Shown piece after piece: positions 1 to 14,320 of a DNA stretch of 64,000 bases. The DNA is from Sphyrna mokarran (taxonomy: Eukaryota), in assembly GCA_024679065.1 (NCBI GenBank), contig JAGIQG010000004.1:73656001-73720000 (forward strand), in the 5' to 3' direction. The position numbers and the translations under genes are program-made. Position 1 is the first letter of the stretch, and the number at the start of each line of letters is the position of its first letter. The notes beneath the pieces are model-generated. The model did not search any database. It was not told where the DNA came from and saw nothing but the letters and a program-made list of their open reading frames with translations.

Positions 1-1964
1 ACATTTTCAGTTCTGTTAATCAAATTGTGTGAAGTCACCACTCTCTTAACAATATTAAAGAATATTTTCATATAAAACAGTGATTGTGCTGATTTAACGC
101 AGATTTTGAGTTTGGCAATTGGCAAATGAATTTAGGTGACAACTGGAGAAAAACACTTCTGGAAACTTGTGCAATTTTTCCAGTCGCACACAAAGTGAAA
201 ACTCTGCCCAGTATTTTATTTTTTCTGATGTTGTAATAGTTTCCACATTCATAGTCGGACTATCCTTTGTTTTTAGAATTCTGCTTCTACTAGGATATTT
301 GTGCTGTAAACTTGATATATGGAAGCAGATGAGTGTGAATCAGAGTATTAAGGTCAGAATGATTTGTTAAAAAAATGTGTATAACTATCCAAGTGAGTAT
401 TTTGGAAAACTTAAATTTAAAATATTATTTTAGGTTACTTTGTTGCTATAACCTGGATTTGATTTGCATATATGTAAGTAGGATTTGAGAGTGTAGTAGC
501 AGCTGTTATGTTAGCATGTATGACTGAATTAATAGAAAGTTTCAAAAAGTAATTATTAAAAGAAGAATTAAGATTAGAATGAAAAGCCAGAAGAACACAG
601 CAGATTTCAATTTGTTAAGGAAGGAAGCATGTAGTGATGTAGGTAAATGTCATTATAATAGGGTGGTGGAGAAATGGGATACTTTAGACCCCTTATCAAC
701 CTTTTTTTTCTTTTTACGGATATAGTCTATTTTCAAAATCCTCTGATTATGTCTGTAGATTTTCTTTTTTTATTAGAATTTTATTTTTAAATTTAAAATA
801 AGTCTTTAGATTATTTTCTTTCTGGACCTTCCCTTCCCAATGCACCTTTTCCCTGATTGGGAAGTTTGACAAATGATCTGGACCAAGTACTCATGCTCTC
901 AACCAAAGAAGCTTGCTTTGGAGCACATCACAGGGCGAAATGGCCCATAAATGTACAATGAGACTACTGTGAACCTTTCATTTTTCTCTTTAAAACACAT
1001 TTTAGCAAACCATTTGCAAAGTATATTCAGCTGTAGTACATCTTATTTATTGTTAAATATTCATTTTAGAATTCTAAAATTATTCATTTGCAAAGCTGAA
1101 ATAAAGACCGTTATGAAATTGGCTATATAAAATTGCACATATTCTGATTGCCATGTCTTAATCCTCATGGTAATGGTTTAAAGTGTTACTGCATACCAGT
1201 TATACTTGATTGTAATTTTTACGAAGGGGGTCCTAGGGGAATAGTGTTTTCTACATGAAAATCAAAGTTGCTTCTCATTAGAAGCTCTTGAACCAAGATT
1301 ATAACATTTTATTCAATTTAAGTGAACTTCCAAGCCTAATTTTATGCCAACTATGATGTTCAGTAAAATACTATTCAGCTAGGTATTCTGCAAATATGCT
1401 TTTGTGAGAGTGATGATGCATAATAAGAAACTGGAAATCTTAAACTTTCCCCTGAACAGTTAAGACAATATTTTACAAATTACCTCATCATGGCACCAAA
1501 TTTCATTCAATGCATGGTGGTTTTGGGTATATTTTGGCATAGAAGTATTAATGGAACTCGAATGGATCCTAACTTGATATTAATATAGGCAGAAACCCAG
1601 CAGAAACTTGATTTGTAATTGTTTACACTCACACCAACTTTGTGCAAAGCCATATTTTCAGACTGATTTTTAAACTTTCCACATGCACTTTTAATTTAAG
1701 AAAACAAATGCTTGCTCTGCTTGTCCTTTTAGAGGAGCTCAGAGAATGGAATTCTGGGCAAATGACCAAACAGGCATGTGTACCGAGTGACACGGTGGTT
1801 GACTTTATTGTGAATTGGATGGATGTATAGCATGACTTCTCTCTACTGAAAGCAAATCATATTTCATAATTAATAATCTGAATGAATTAGATTGAATAAA
1901 AACTGAGCTCTTGGAGACTCAGAATTTTGACCGTGTGACAAATAGCTGATGAAACAAAATATCT

Positions 1965-2310
1965 GCATTCTCTCAGTGGAAGTCCTCTTGTTTCTAGACT
2001 TGATGGTCATGGATTCAAGCTCCACTGTGGAGACTAGAACACATAATTTAGGCTGATGTTTTAGTTTGGAGCTGTAGAAGGTGGAGGTGCTGTCCTGTAG
2101 TATTAATCAAAGAAGAGCACAGGAGTTATTTTGAGGCCCTCACTAACATTTTTCCTGCAAACATAATGATGAATCATCTAGTCTTTTATTTGCTTACCTT
2201 CTGTGGGGCCTAGCTGTGCACAAGTAATATGCTGATTTTCCATACATTATAATAGTGACTATATTTCAAATGTACTTAATCTGTAATATTTTAGAATATT
2301 TTGAGGCTAT
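1965..2310 (+). mobile_element. DeuSINE (SacSINE1-like)
   Basis: ggattcaagctccact B-box region, gaagagcacaggagtt, tttccatacattataatagtgactatatttcaaa; similar to 27295-27680. Confidence 0.6.
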
Positions 2311-2547
2311 TCTTTTCTTTCCAAAGAGTTGCAATCATGTGATTGATATAATGTAAATAAAAAATTGTCAGAATCAGAATACACTTTGTTTAGTCACTCA
2401 GAATCCAATACTTTTTTTTCCTGTGTGCAATAAGACCTTTTTACTCTGCTGATGAGCTCTTCTAATGAATCCATAGTTTTGCTTTTCATGTTGCATGTGT
2501 CTAAGGCTCCCAGTTCATTCATTTTTGAATCCTTTTGAGATGTAGGA

Positions 2548-2608
2548 ATTTTTTAAATATATAAATATTTAAATATATTTAAATATATAAATTTTTTAAA
2601 TATATATT
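2548..2608. repeat. AT-only quasi-palindromic repeat of ttaaatata units
   Basis: Direct reading. Confidence 0.8.
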
Positions 2609-2664
2609 GTATTCTGTATTCAGCCAATAGAAGTTTATGTTTCGTTTTTGAGTCTGTTGTATAA

Positions 2665-2808
<144 letters not shown>

Positions 2809-3357
2809 TAGTTAATATATTTTTCATCTAATCAGTTTTTGCAAAAGTAAATACAAGTTGAATAAATAAAAGAGCAAAGAAGAAAAAGATGCTGACAGTC
2901 ACTGAATCTGAACTTGTTATTTGTCAATAAAATCAGTCATCGGTGATAGAGAGTAAACCTCACGTGTCCAAAAGGGACAGAACAGCCTTAATAGCAGGAT
3001 GGATATCTGAATAAAGTTGTCCTTCTTTGTTAATCCCGATTCAAAACTATCCCAAAAAAAATTGGAATTTTTTTCCAATTTCATTTCATTATGTTTTGAC
3101 TTGTTACTTCTTTCCCTAATCCCGCTTCAGTAAATGAAGTGTATTTAGACTGGTGACCTATTGCGTTTGTGGCACAACTAATAAATTGCATATCGTACAA
3201 CATGATATGTAAGAAAATTTATTGATATCAGGCAGTATGTATTGAGAAAAGTGAATTTTTCTTCAAAGCCACTCTTTGTGGAAACAGATTTATAATTACA
3301 TTAATGCATATATCTGCTGTCGGTACTGAGGTCATAGAAACTAATAAAACAATGTGA

Positions 3358-3477
<120 letters not shown>

Positions 3478-3829
3478 TAAATCTTTTATTCATTGTCTTT
3501 TGGGATTTGTACTGTATATTTTCCATTATGCATTTTTGTGTCTATTTAAACAGTAACCTTGTTTTTTTTTAATAGTTTTCTTAAATGCAGTGATTACATT
3601 GTTGATTAGAACTAGTTGAGTAATGTAGCAAAGTAGCATTTTTTGGAATTTTATACTAGTTTGAAATGCTTTTTTAAATTTGCAAATGTTATATGATATA
3701 AAATTAATATAGATTGTTAAACATTAAGAGTAAATGCTCAACTTTATTTGTAAATACCCTATTATTGTGATTTTTTTAGCTTGATTAAACTTAAGTACAT
3801 GTATTGGAGAATGTGAATTTTAATTTCAG

Positions 3830-3867
3830 CATTTTACTTGATGAAGGAGGACATATCAAGTTAACAG
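3830..3867 (+). CDS. RPS6KA6: RSK4 exon (ILLDEGGHIKLT)
   Basis: atttcag|c and g|gtaggt, 38 bp, phase-compatible with neighbours. Confidence 0.94.
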
Positions 3868-5857
3868 GTAGGTGCATTCACTACTCTGTGTCAACTGTAT
3901 AGATAATTGTTTTTATTAATGAACAAGATTGTTTTGTCGATCTTTTTTAAAAAAAAGCTGATTTGAAATTTGCAGTATGTTAGCAAAATTTGCTATACTG
4001 AGAATGCTTCTCACTGAGGTAGTTTGAATCCAGATGGTAAAATTTCTTATGCAAAATGGAGGAATTATTTGATGCTCTGCAGTCAAAAGATGAACTGACA
4101 TTCTGAATGATGTCAGGACACTACCAAAGAAAGACCTACAACAAGCAAAACACTTCAGGATTAGCTTATTTCTCAGTTTTCATCACTTATGGAAATAACT
4201 AGAAATAATTATTTTTGACTGCTTACCTTCAATTCAATACATGATAAATAAGGCAACATTTGCTGTTACATTGATTCATTTAAGTAAAAATGAAAATAAA
4301 AGAAGAACAATGTACATAATCTGTCAGCAGGACATAGCAATGTTTGCAACAAAACCATATGATTAACTTTTTGTTCATTTTGAATGATCAATTTGAGCCC
4401 GAGTTTAAAGGTGAATGATGGAAGCAGTCACTGGTGTTTGTATGCTGTTTGCTAAAGATTCAAGAATCTCAAATAAAGATGTAAAAATCCTTGCAAGCCA
4501 CCTTTTTTCCCTTAGCTGCTTTTAAAATATCAGAAGGCATGATGTGTATGTGTTAGAAATATACCACTTGCTTTTGTTATTCCATCCAATGTGTTTTCAT
4601 CTTCACTCTAATTTTGAACGGATGACATAAAACAACCAATTTTTAGCAAGTGGCTTTTATGTGATTTGAAGCTGTATTTTGTTCTAACTTGCAGTCCAAA
4701 CTGATAAACCATGTTATCAGGTGATTACATTGTCCGAAACAAGAGCCTGAAACTTAATCAAAATTTGCCCTACAAAGTGAGTTTTGAAAAAAATTGAAGC
4801 TGTTTTGAGAAATTCATTTAAATACAGAATTTATTTACTTTTTGTTTAAATGCCCTTATATTCAACATTATGCATCATCATCATTGCCCAGTTCTTGGAG
4901 TTGAATTTCTCTGGTTATTTTATCAGTTGCTTTGATTAAAACTCACATGAAAAGTAACAACTTTGTACTTTGTACTAGCACTCTAAAGTAATAAAATGTC
5001 CCAAGGCAGATATGTTAGTGTATTAATTTGCTGATCTGAACAAAATTTGAAACAGTAAATGCAAACTTACATTGAATGCTGAAAAATTGATTATTGCTGG
5101 AAATGAAAAGTAATATCATGTAACAAAAACCTTGCACCTTAATGCTTTTTTCAGAAGACATGCAAAATAATTGGTCATTTATCTTTTTTTGGTAAGTGGG
5201 ATGTCTGACTCACAGATACAAACCATTATTTATGTAAGATAAAATTTTCATTTAAAATCATCTTCAGAAAGGTGTGTGTCAGGGACCTATTCTTGTTCTG
5301 CACAATGTTCTTTACAATAAACCTAAATATTGGATTGCTCTCATAGCGTTTTATGCACTGTAAAAATATTTGACTAAAATTATCCTGAAGGCTGCTGCTG
5401 CATTTTATTATACATCTTTGAACAAATTCCTCCATTTTACATTTGTAATGTTTTTTGTATGATTTAGGAAACTGATTCAAATAATCGCATGGGAAATATC
5501 ATCAAGTATTTTCTGTGGTCTTAAGTCTTCAAGTCTTAAGTAGTATTTTCTGCCAGTTGCTAGTTAGAATAGCATCTATTATGTGGTAACATTGCTGTAA
5601 TCCTTATTTGGTTGGTGGAATATATTGGCCTTTCAACCAGTTTATAAATTGACCATTTAGTATTTTATTTAGTTATGTTCTGCAAATTTCACATGATAAA
5701 ATTTGAATTTGTTCCTACAGTTATAAAGTTGCTTAGATTAATTTTAGTAGAGGATGAGAAAATATATAATTCACTTCCAGTCAGCCCCCACTCTTAGAAT
5801 AGTCAAACTACCGACTTGCAGAAACATGGGCATTTTAGTAATGAATCATGACTTAAA

Positions 5858-6335
5858 ATCATAGAATGTTTGCAGCACAGAAGGAAGCCTGTCCTGCCCA
5901 TGCTGACTCTTTGCAAGAATAATTCATCTAATGCCACTCCCCTGTGTTTTTCCCCATAGCCGGCATTTTTTTCCCTTTCTTCAGTTAAGGATCCAATTTT
6001 CTTTTGAAAGCCATGATTGAATCTTGCTCCATCACATTCTCTGGATTCCAGGACCTAATCATTCACTGATTTAAAAAAAAGCTTTTCCTCCTGTTGCCGT
6101 TACTTCTTTTGCCAATCACCTTGAATCAGTATGCTCTGATTCTTCATTTTATCCTCAACGGGAAGAGTTCCACCTTATCTCTTCTTTCAAAAATGCTCAT
6201 GATTTTTGCATACCATCATCAAATCTGTTATTGATCTTCTCTTCTCCAGGCAGAATGGTCCCAATTGATCCATGTGACTAACGTTCCCCATCCCTGGAAT
6301 CATTCTTGTGAAGCTTTTCTATACCCTCTCCAACT
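5858..6335 (-). mobile_element. Old CR1 3' fragment
   Basis: atcatagaat...cagcacagaaggaagcc tail and degenerate ORF2 end. Confidence 0.65.
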
Positions 6336-6609
6336 TGCCATCTATATTTACCGTTCAGCTGCTGCATAATTATTTGGCAGCTCTGCAATCCCAACCAACT
6401 GGGCTGTATATCAGCTGCTCCTTGATAAAATGTTGCCATATTAAAGAGCAGGAACACAGTATGTACCAGTGAGGTGACAGCCTTAATAGCACTTGTTGAT
6501 GTGCGCTGACACAGAGCTGAATAGCCGCCTTCAGTGGAGTACTATTCTATGATTCTATCAAGTAGGTTTGACTGGGGCAAGTGTGACTTCGTCGGTAAAC
6601 AGTTGGTAA

Positions 6610-6954
<345 letters not shown>

Positions 6955-7367
6955 TAATTAATGAAAGTGATTGAATATATCCTGGTGTTGAATTTTCAGT
7001 TCAGTTTCACTTGTGTATTACTCTATCTACGTTTCTTCAGATGCATTGGTCCTGGACAAAGGAAATTGAAAATGACTAACTCGAGAGTTATTAAATCTGA
7101 AGAATTCAGTTATACAATTGCTCTTAGTCTGTAATTCTGAAACCAACTGTCAGCTCCATTTTCACATTAATGTTTCAGACGTTAATGTGATAGTTTAAGG
7201 CTGCACTTTTATGGAAATTTCATTTGGAGGCCTTATGCTGAGCTAAGAGTACTTGTGGAATTCCTGGCTGGTTGGGGTTTAATATTGGGCCCTGAGTGCC
7301 TCAAGGATTGAATTTCGTGAATACCTTTATGTCCCAAATTTAGCATTGAAGCCATGAATTTTTTAAT

Positions 7368-7692
7368 TCTTTTATGGGATGTAGGGTGTCGCTAGCTGGG
7401 CCAGCATTTATTGCCCATCACAACAGACTGTTAAGAGTCAGCCACATTGCTGTGGATCTGGAGTCATATATAGGCTGTACGAGGTAAGGATGGTAGATTT
7501 CCTTTTTTATTGGACATTAGGGAACCAGACAGGTTTTTACAATCATCGACAATGGGTTTATGATCATCAGACTTGGAATTCCAGATTTTTATTGAATTCA
7601 AATTTCATCATCTGCCATGGTGAAATTCGAACCCGGGTTCTCAAATCATTATCTTTCTAGTCCAGTGATGATGCCACTAGGCATTGCCTCCA
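7368..7692 (-). mobile_element. tRNA-headed SINE-like repeat
   Basis: B-box ccgggttcgaatttcacc on - strand; tail ggccagcatttattgcccatc, related to tails at 42010-42100, 36100-36235 and 22345-24420. Confidence 0.55.
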
Positions 7693-8061
7693 ACATGATA
7701 GTGGAACTTTTGTGGCAACTTTTGGATTTAAGGATTATCCTCTGGATTTCAAGATATTTAAAGACAGAACCAACATTGCTAGCAAGAAACTACAAATTAT
7801 TTATACTATACCACTGATAAGCAGATCTTTACATCTTGTTAAATTTGTTTTATTGGCTTTAAATATAAAATTTCCAATGCTTTTTAATATGTATACTCTA
7901 TATTATACTGATAACTGGTTAATATTTATTTGAATATAAATGTTATGCATTGCTGATCAAACTGCTGCTCAGCTAATTAAAACAATTAGTTGCACAGATA
8001 ACAAATTTTAAGACTCAATTTTGCTTTGAAGCCACTGTCTATATTTTGCTCTTACTTTTAG

Positions 8062-8132
8062 TTTGAGATGCTTACTGGTACATTGCCATTTCAAGGTAAA
8101 GACCGGAATGAAACTATGAACATGATTCTCAA
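8062..8132 (+). CDS. RPS6KA6: RSK4 exon (FEMLTGTLPFQGKDRNETMNMIL)
   Basis: cttttag|ttt and aa|gtaagt, 71 bp; KDRNETMNMIL is RSK4-type. Confidence 0.96.
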
Positions 8133-9290
8133 GTAAGTTTGTTAAATGTACTTTTGTGCAATTCATGTTCATGTACTAGCTTGTAGGGGGCATAATAATG
8201 CTTAACTTAATAAACACACCATGGAAACCCCCTTGGTGACCATTCTGAGGTTACAGGAAAATATAATGGATATTGGGAAAAAAAAGATCACGTAGAGGTT
8301 TATTTTAAGTAGGAGCCTGTCATAGACATGGCAATTCATTCAATCTTTCATAATTGGGGGATAAAAGATAATTAGGGATATAGTTCTATTTTTCCGTATC
8401 CCCTCATTGACAATTGTATGCGCTGTGATGCTGGTCTCTGCTTTTTGCACCTGGCTTATCCAATAAAATAAAACATTCCTTCACTTAAAACTGTGAAAAA
8501 TATAGGATTTGTTTTTATACTTGATGTTACAGTTTGGGAGGAGCTTGTCATTTTCTGAAATCAACATAAAGTCAATCAAAATTCATTTAAGAGAGGCATG
8601 CAGATTAAAATGCAAGTCTAGGAAGCAGTTTTAATAAAAACTTTTCAAGTTAGAGGTGAGTGTTTAGCCTCATATCACTGGGCCAGCTTGACTAGTTTAT
8701 TTAAATGTTCTTTAATTAGTTTACATGGCTGCAAGTCTAAATGGATAATCTGAGAGAAACACATCGCAGTACAGTGAAGTTCTAAATTTTACTTTGCGGT
8801 TGGTGCTCTCTGCTCCCACCTGCCCCATGCCTCGTGTTAACTGCACATCAATCTGTCAGAAGTAGATAAAGGTGTCAAATTGAAATGGGGAATAATGGAT
8901 ACCTGAGAGTGATTAGAACACACAAATCAAATTGAGGGTTACAACTTATGTCATAAACAAGTTTAAACTGCAGAAAATTGCACGTTTCATCTGAAACCAC
9001 AAAATGAGATTGTAATTTGAAAATCATCATCGACGTCTGCTGTTTGTAATCTAAACGAGTTTAATTTTTAAATTCTTTGTGCTGGCTGCAAATAATTGGA
9101 TATGTGATGACTTTGAAGATGAGATTAAATATTGAAACGTCATTGCTTCAAACTGATTCATTTTTCTGTATAGTAAACAGCTACTTTATAATAAATCAAA
9201 ATTATTCTTTTCCATATTCAGTAATGAACCACTGTAGCTACACAGTTTATGGACCAGATTTTCTGTACTTTTTCATTTTCCATGTTTTGC

Positions 9291-9448
9291 AGCCGTGGAA
9301 TCTTCTGGTCCCACTGCTCCCAAAGAGGTTTCCTGTTGTTTGCACATTGCGCGCCCCCCCCTCCCCCCCCAAAAGAACATGTGGTAACAGTTTTTTGCCG
9401 GTGGGAATGATGCATCCCATCGGCATGAATGACCACAAGATTCCAGCC
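9291..9448. mobile_element. MITE-like element
   Basis: TIR ggaatcttctggtc (9297-9310) / gaccacaagattcc (9431-9444), 13/14 match; GC-rich interior. Confidence 0.6.
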
Positions 9449-10237
9449 TATGCCTTAAAACTAAAACATTGCAATATTACAAGATACAGCTTTCACTTCC
9501 AAAGACTCCTTAACTCTAAATTAACACCAAATTCAATAAACTATTATCAGAATAAACATTTGGCCCAAACTACCACATTGAACAGATAAGTATTTGATGT
9601 AATCAGGATACTAGTGCCAGCTATCACATAATGGCACTTTAAAACCAATGCCCCCGCAGCATGTTATATCATTTTGACATTTGTCAAAATTTAACAAAAA
9701 TTTTAAATTTCTAAATGTCCATCTCATAGGCCTAGGCAGAACAATGTATATATTGAAAAAACAGTTTCTAAAATTAAATCCATACATACATCTTCATGTA
9801 TTTTAGTTGTTAAATAGCCCAATTATATTTTTAAGATTAGCTAACGCTATTGGAATTATGCAAGTCAACTATCGGAAGCATTAATTTACATTCACTTAAA
9901 AGTCAAATACTTTTTTTATTGCATCGAAGTTGTGCCATTATTTAGGGAGGTTGTATTTTGTCTACGTAGAATATTTAAGATAATTGACAAAAGAACCAAA
10001 GAGGGGTTTGGGGTGAGAATGTTTTTTACGTAGAGTCAAGATCTGAAATGCACCAGGTGAAAATTTCTGTTGCAACTTTCAAAAGGCAATTGAGGAGAAC
10101 AGTGAAAAATTAAACTCAAAATGTGGCAGAGCTGTGGGGAGGAAAAAGGAATTGAATTAATAGGATGCTCTTTCAGATCCAGCACAGGCCTGATGGGCTG
10201 AATCATCCCCTTCTATGCTCTGAATCTGTGGTGATTA

Positions 10238-10572
10238 AGATAAAGAACAAATAACAAAGAACAACACAGCATAGGAAACAGGCCCTTCAGCCCAACGAGC
10301 CCATGCCGCCATTTTAATGTTCCCACTTCCACCCATGACCCTTGCTAAAGTCCACGTAAGCCACATTGACTGCACTGCCCTCATCTACCTTCTTGGATAC
10401 CCCTTCAAAAAATTCCATCAAATTCATGGGAGATGATTTTCCACTCACAAAGCCATGTTGACTGTCCCTAATCAGTCCTTGCCTATCTAAAATGTCCGTA
10501 GATCCTTCTAATAACTTACCCACCACAGATATTATGATCACCGGCCTATAGTTCCCAGGGTTTTCCCTGCGG
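10238..10572 (-). mobile_element. Internally deleted CR1 (RT segment fused to 3' tail)
   Basis: ORF 10314-10541 SQHGFVSGKS...VDEGSAVNVAYVDFSK joined to acaggcccttcagccc tail. Confidence 0.8.
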
Positions 10573-10586
10573 TCCTAAATAATAGG

Positions 10587-10692
10587 TAGAAGTTCCACAA
10601 CACCATGTTTAAGTCCAATCAGTTTTTCTGATCAGAGAAAGTTATATACGCCTTATTGTGTTTACCCCAGTCCAATGCCAGCATCTCTACAT
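10587..10692. mobile_element. Deleted inverted Penelope pLTR remnant
   Basis: Left cacaacaccatgtttaagtccaa; right tgtgtttaccccagtccaatgccagcatctctacat is the reverse complement of the pLTR terminus. Confidence 0.72.
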
Positions 10693-10914
10693 CGTCCTGA
10701 ATCACAGTCAGGGACCCAAGTGTTCTTGGCCAATCATACCAGCGGCCCATCCTCGGGAGCCACAGTCAGGCCACCATTCTCCTGATCAATCACAGCCCAC
10801 CACCCCCACATCCCCAGTGTCCCCCAGCAAATCAGGGCCCAAGGGGGCGGGGGGGCCGTGGCCCAGGGCCTGAGGGCAGGGGGGCGTGGTCCATGCCAAT
10901 CAGAGGGGCCCGGG

Positions 10915-10941
10915 GTGTGTGTGTGTGTGTGTGTGTGTGTG
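10915..10941. repeat. (GT)13 microsatellite
   Basis: Direct reading. Confidence 0.95.
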
Positions 10942-11363
10942 CCCCTGGCCAATCAGATTCCGTTTTTATTACATTGAGTTTGAACATGTGCGTCCAAATA
11001 TTCCATTTTCCATGAAACCTTCAAATTGGTGGCTAGGGAAGTATGTGATGGAAAGAGAAATTTGACAAACAACTACCAAAGCCTTCATTCTATTGACCCA
11101 ACACCGTGGCAGTCTTTGGTGTTTTGCTGGTTCATGCCATTGATGCTTTCTATCTTAGATGAATAAAGTTAATTTATGGCAGTAATGTAGATTGCTTATC
11201 CTTTGCTCAAGTGAGCCTATTTTGCATGGAATGAGAATGATCATGAACTTAGAGAAGAAGTGTAAATACTGTATGTTAAATAAAGATTATGAAGCAGCTG
11301 CTATATATTAGTATGTAATGTTGAGTATCATTTAAATAAAATAATCCATTTACTCTTTCCAAG

Positions 11364-11452
11364 AGCTAAATTAGGAATGCCTCAGTTTCTTAGTCCAGAA
11401 GCTCAAGGTCTTCTCAGAATGTTATTCAAGCGAAATCCTGGGAACAGACTAG
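11364..11452 (+). CDS. RPS6KA6: RSK4 exon ([29 protein letters not shown])
   Basis: ctttccaag|a and g|gtactg, 89 bp. Confidence 0.95.
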
Positions 11453-12049
11453 GTACTGCTCATTTTTTTAATCATCATCCATCTCTATATTGAAGTTATT
11501 GTTTCCAGTTATTGTTGGATATTGGTGGATATGTATCTGATAATGAAGGTCAATTGGCACTGCAAAAAAATCATTGCAATATTTTGTTGCATGCCTATTG
11601 ATGTCGTTGTCTATAGAATGCTTGAAGTACTTTTTTGAAGTACATTGCATTTCTATTCCTTTACATTTAATCTTTAAAGTGATAAATAGGACATTGTAAG
11701 GAGGAGGTTCTTGGTGTCGAGATTGTCTCCAGTGCAAATGCTTTACAAACAGAGTTCTGTACCCTCTTGGCTGCCCAATAGATTAATGCAAAGAAATAAT
11801 AGGAAAGACAATACTGGAAAAAACTCTTAATTTATCTGCCAACAAACATCATTGGCTCTCATCTCCCATTCACTATCCCATTTACGTTTCCTTTCCCCCA
11901 TGAATTTATAGACGCAATTCATTAATTACTCATTCAGCTGATTTCAGGCATTTACCAGTACAAACAATAAAATCTGAACTGAAAGTTCATTTTTTTCTTG
12001 GCTTATGATCAGTTTGTGTGTTATGGCCATGCAGAACCAGACCTTTTGG

Positions 12050-14320
12050 GCACAAAATTTGATGCTCTTTGATCCATGGCTTTGACACTAGGTGTTCTGT
12101 TTTGGTGCCAAAGTAGTGTTTGCACCATTTGTGCTCATTTCTAGTGTGTCACACATGGAACATATTCTTGGTGAGGGTGTTAATATGATTGTGAGGAGCT
12201 TGTGCTGGAATCTGATGCCAGGTGGTGTATCTTGCTGATCTGTTGCCAGTGCTACCATTTTTTTGATGTCTTAGTTAACACCCTTCCTTAACTTGAATAT
12301 GCATTCAGCAGCAGAAAGGTCTAGGCCAATAACATTAGTGTTATTTAAAGATATTCTGGTCTCGTAAGATAGTTACTAGTTTCTCTACTGGCTCAATTGG
12401 AGTTCATGGAAGTGCTGAGTGTTTTGAGGAGGAGGTTAAAGTTGAGGCCTGCAGGAAATGAAGCTGCATGTGGAAAAGATCTTGGTTATGATTACAAGGG
12501 TTCTGTACACAACACCTACTCACAGTCATGTGTTCATAGTTACTTTTCCCTTAGGCTGTAGCAGGATTGGGAGATGAAACAAACAAAACATGTTGCTTAA
12601 AGAGAGGAGAAGTGCTCAGAGCAAAAAGCCTTTGCACTGTTGGTCTTCAGGCAACGTAACATCTATCTCCAACTAAGCCAGCAATAGTATCAGAAGCAGG
12701 TATTGACAGAACTCTGTCATCCTATTGCAACCAAACCTACAGCCACTAAAGGGCTCTGAAGGTGAAATTCTTCATACTGGATTACTTCCAGGCTGGAGCA
12801 GGCAACATTTCTCAGTTCTCCACCTCTACAACAGATAACTGACAGGCACAGTTCCTCCAGGAGGGGAGAGTTCATTATTGTATTTATTCTTTCTGAACAA
12901 AGAGAAACAGGTGGAGCATGTATGTATTTTTGCCAGGATGGGAGACTTCCTTATGGTGCAGTCGTGTGGCTTTGTGAGTTCCACATCTCAGTGTTGAGAT
13001 CAAATACAACCAGAAAGATTACCCCTTGTTTAGTGTGCAGTTGGTGTGTGATAGTAATCAGCACATCATGCTGGTGAATTCTTGGTATCCTGGCAGCTGC
13101 TATGGGGCTTTCATTGTGTGCTGATGTGTTTTTCTGATCTTTCAGCCACCACTTCAAAGTAGAGGCTGATTGTTGAATGACAAGGGATTTGGTTTATATT
13201 TGACTTTTGATTATACTCTGCAACCTTGGTCACATGTAGCTTGCATGCATACATTTAGCCATACTGCTAAGCGATAGATCATATTTACCACTGAGGTATT
13301 GAAGCGCAGTTCCATGCCTGGACTGCTTTGGAATAGCCTTTGACAAAGTTGTGTCATAATTCACATTCATCTGCTGCATGGTCTCGAATCTGACTATAGC
13401 AGGACAGTGTTTTCAACCTGAGAGATTTGGCTCTGTGGTTTGCAGCAGTGCTAAGTATGTGATGGTGCAGCAGGCAACCCAAATGAAACAATGAATATGA
13501 GATGTCAGTTTGTGTGTGACAAAGATCGGAAGGTGAGTGGAGCAGGTGAGGCAAATTTAGCGGCATATGTGGTGAATTGAGCATTGCTAGGCTGATAGTT
13601 CAATTCTAAGGGTATGACATTTGAAAAGACATCGGCTGACTTTGATTGCTCTTGAAAGGTCATTAGACTTCATGTGGCTCAACGTCCAGGTCTTTGATGG
13701 CATTGATCTTTATAAACGTTTGCTTCAGTTCCGTCTTTTGTTTTTATGCGGAGAGCCTTCTGGCCCCCTATGGATACAGGGCAATTCTTCTCCTGTCCAC
13801 CTTGAGCACCCAGGGACTCAAGTAATATGTTAGAAAATCTGGGAGCTTGCTCTCTGCTATGTTGCGCCATCTTTATTCTTCCTCTAGGTTAGACACTGAT
13901 GACTTTGGTGCCTCATGCAGCCAGAGTGTACTTTCTCTTTAAAAGGACTAGGCTATCTTTAAGTAGTTCAGGATAGCATTAAGTGGTGCTAACTTTGGAT
14001 GACCATGGACACCCTGGTGATGTGTGCATTTTTTCTATAATCCATTTGTAACTGCATTGCATGCCACTAACATTTGGGTTAGCAGGCATCACAAAGCTTG
14101 TGTGCTGGGTGTATCATTTTAAATCAGCATAGGTTAGTCTGGCATTGCGATCCCTATGCCTGCATTTGGGCTATTGAATTTTTAGCCCTTACTGTTTTTC
14201 ATCAATGACTTTGAATTTGATGAAGCATTTGGCACTGATTGAAAGGTAACTAATCAGATTCTCTCGTTTAAAAAAGTCTTGCATTTAATTCCCAATATAA
14301 GCAGAAATTGTGCATTTTTT
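12050..14320. mobile_element. Decayed PIF/Harbinger DNA transposon (transposase on +, Myb/SANT-like ORF on -); boundaries approximate
   Basis: + strand FQAGAGNISQFS (12786), FARMGDFLMVQ (12929), SVQLVCDSNQHIMLVNSWYPGSCYGAFI (13032-13115); - strand MAQHSREQAPRFSNILLESL...KSNDLSR (13870-13650). Confidence 0.75.

Noticed and set aside
9077-9589. 170-aa ORF on + strand
   Set aside because: Non-ATG start, intronic, crosses a MITE and a poly-C tract, no recognisable domain.
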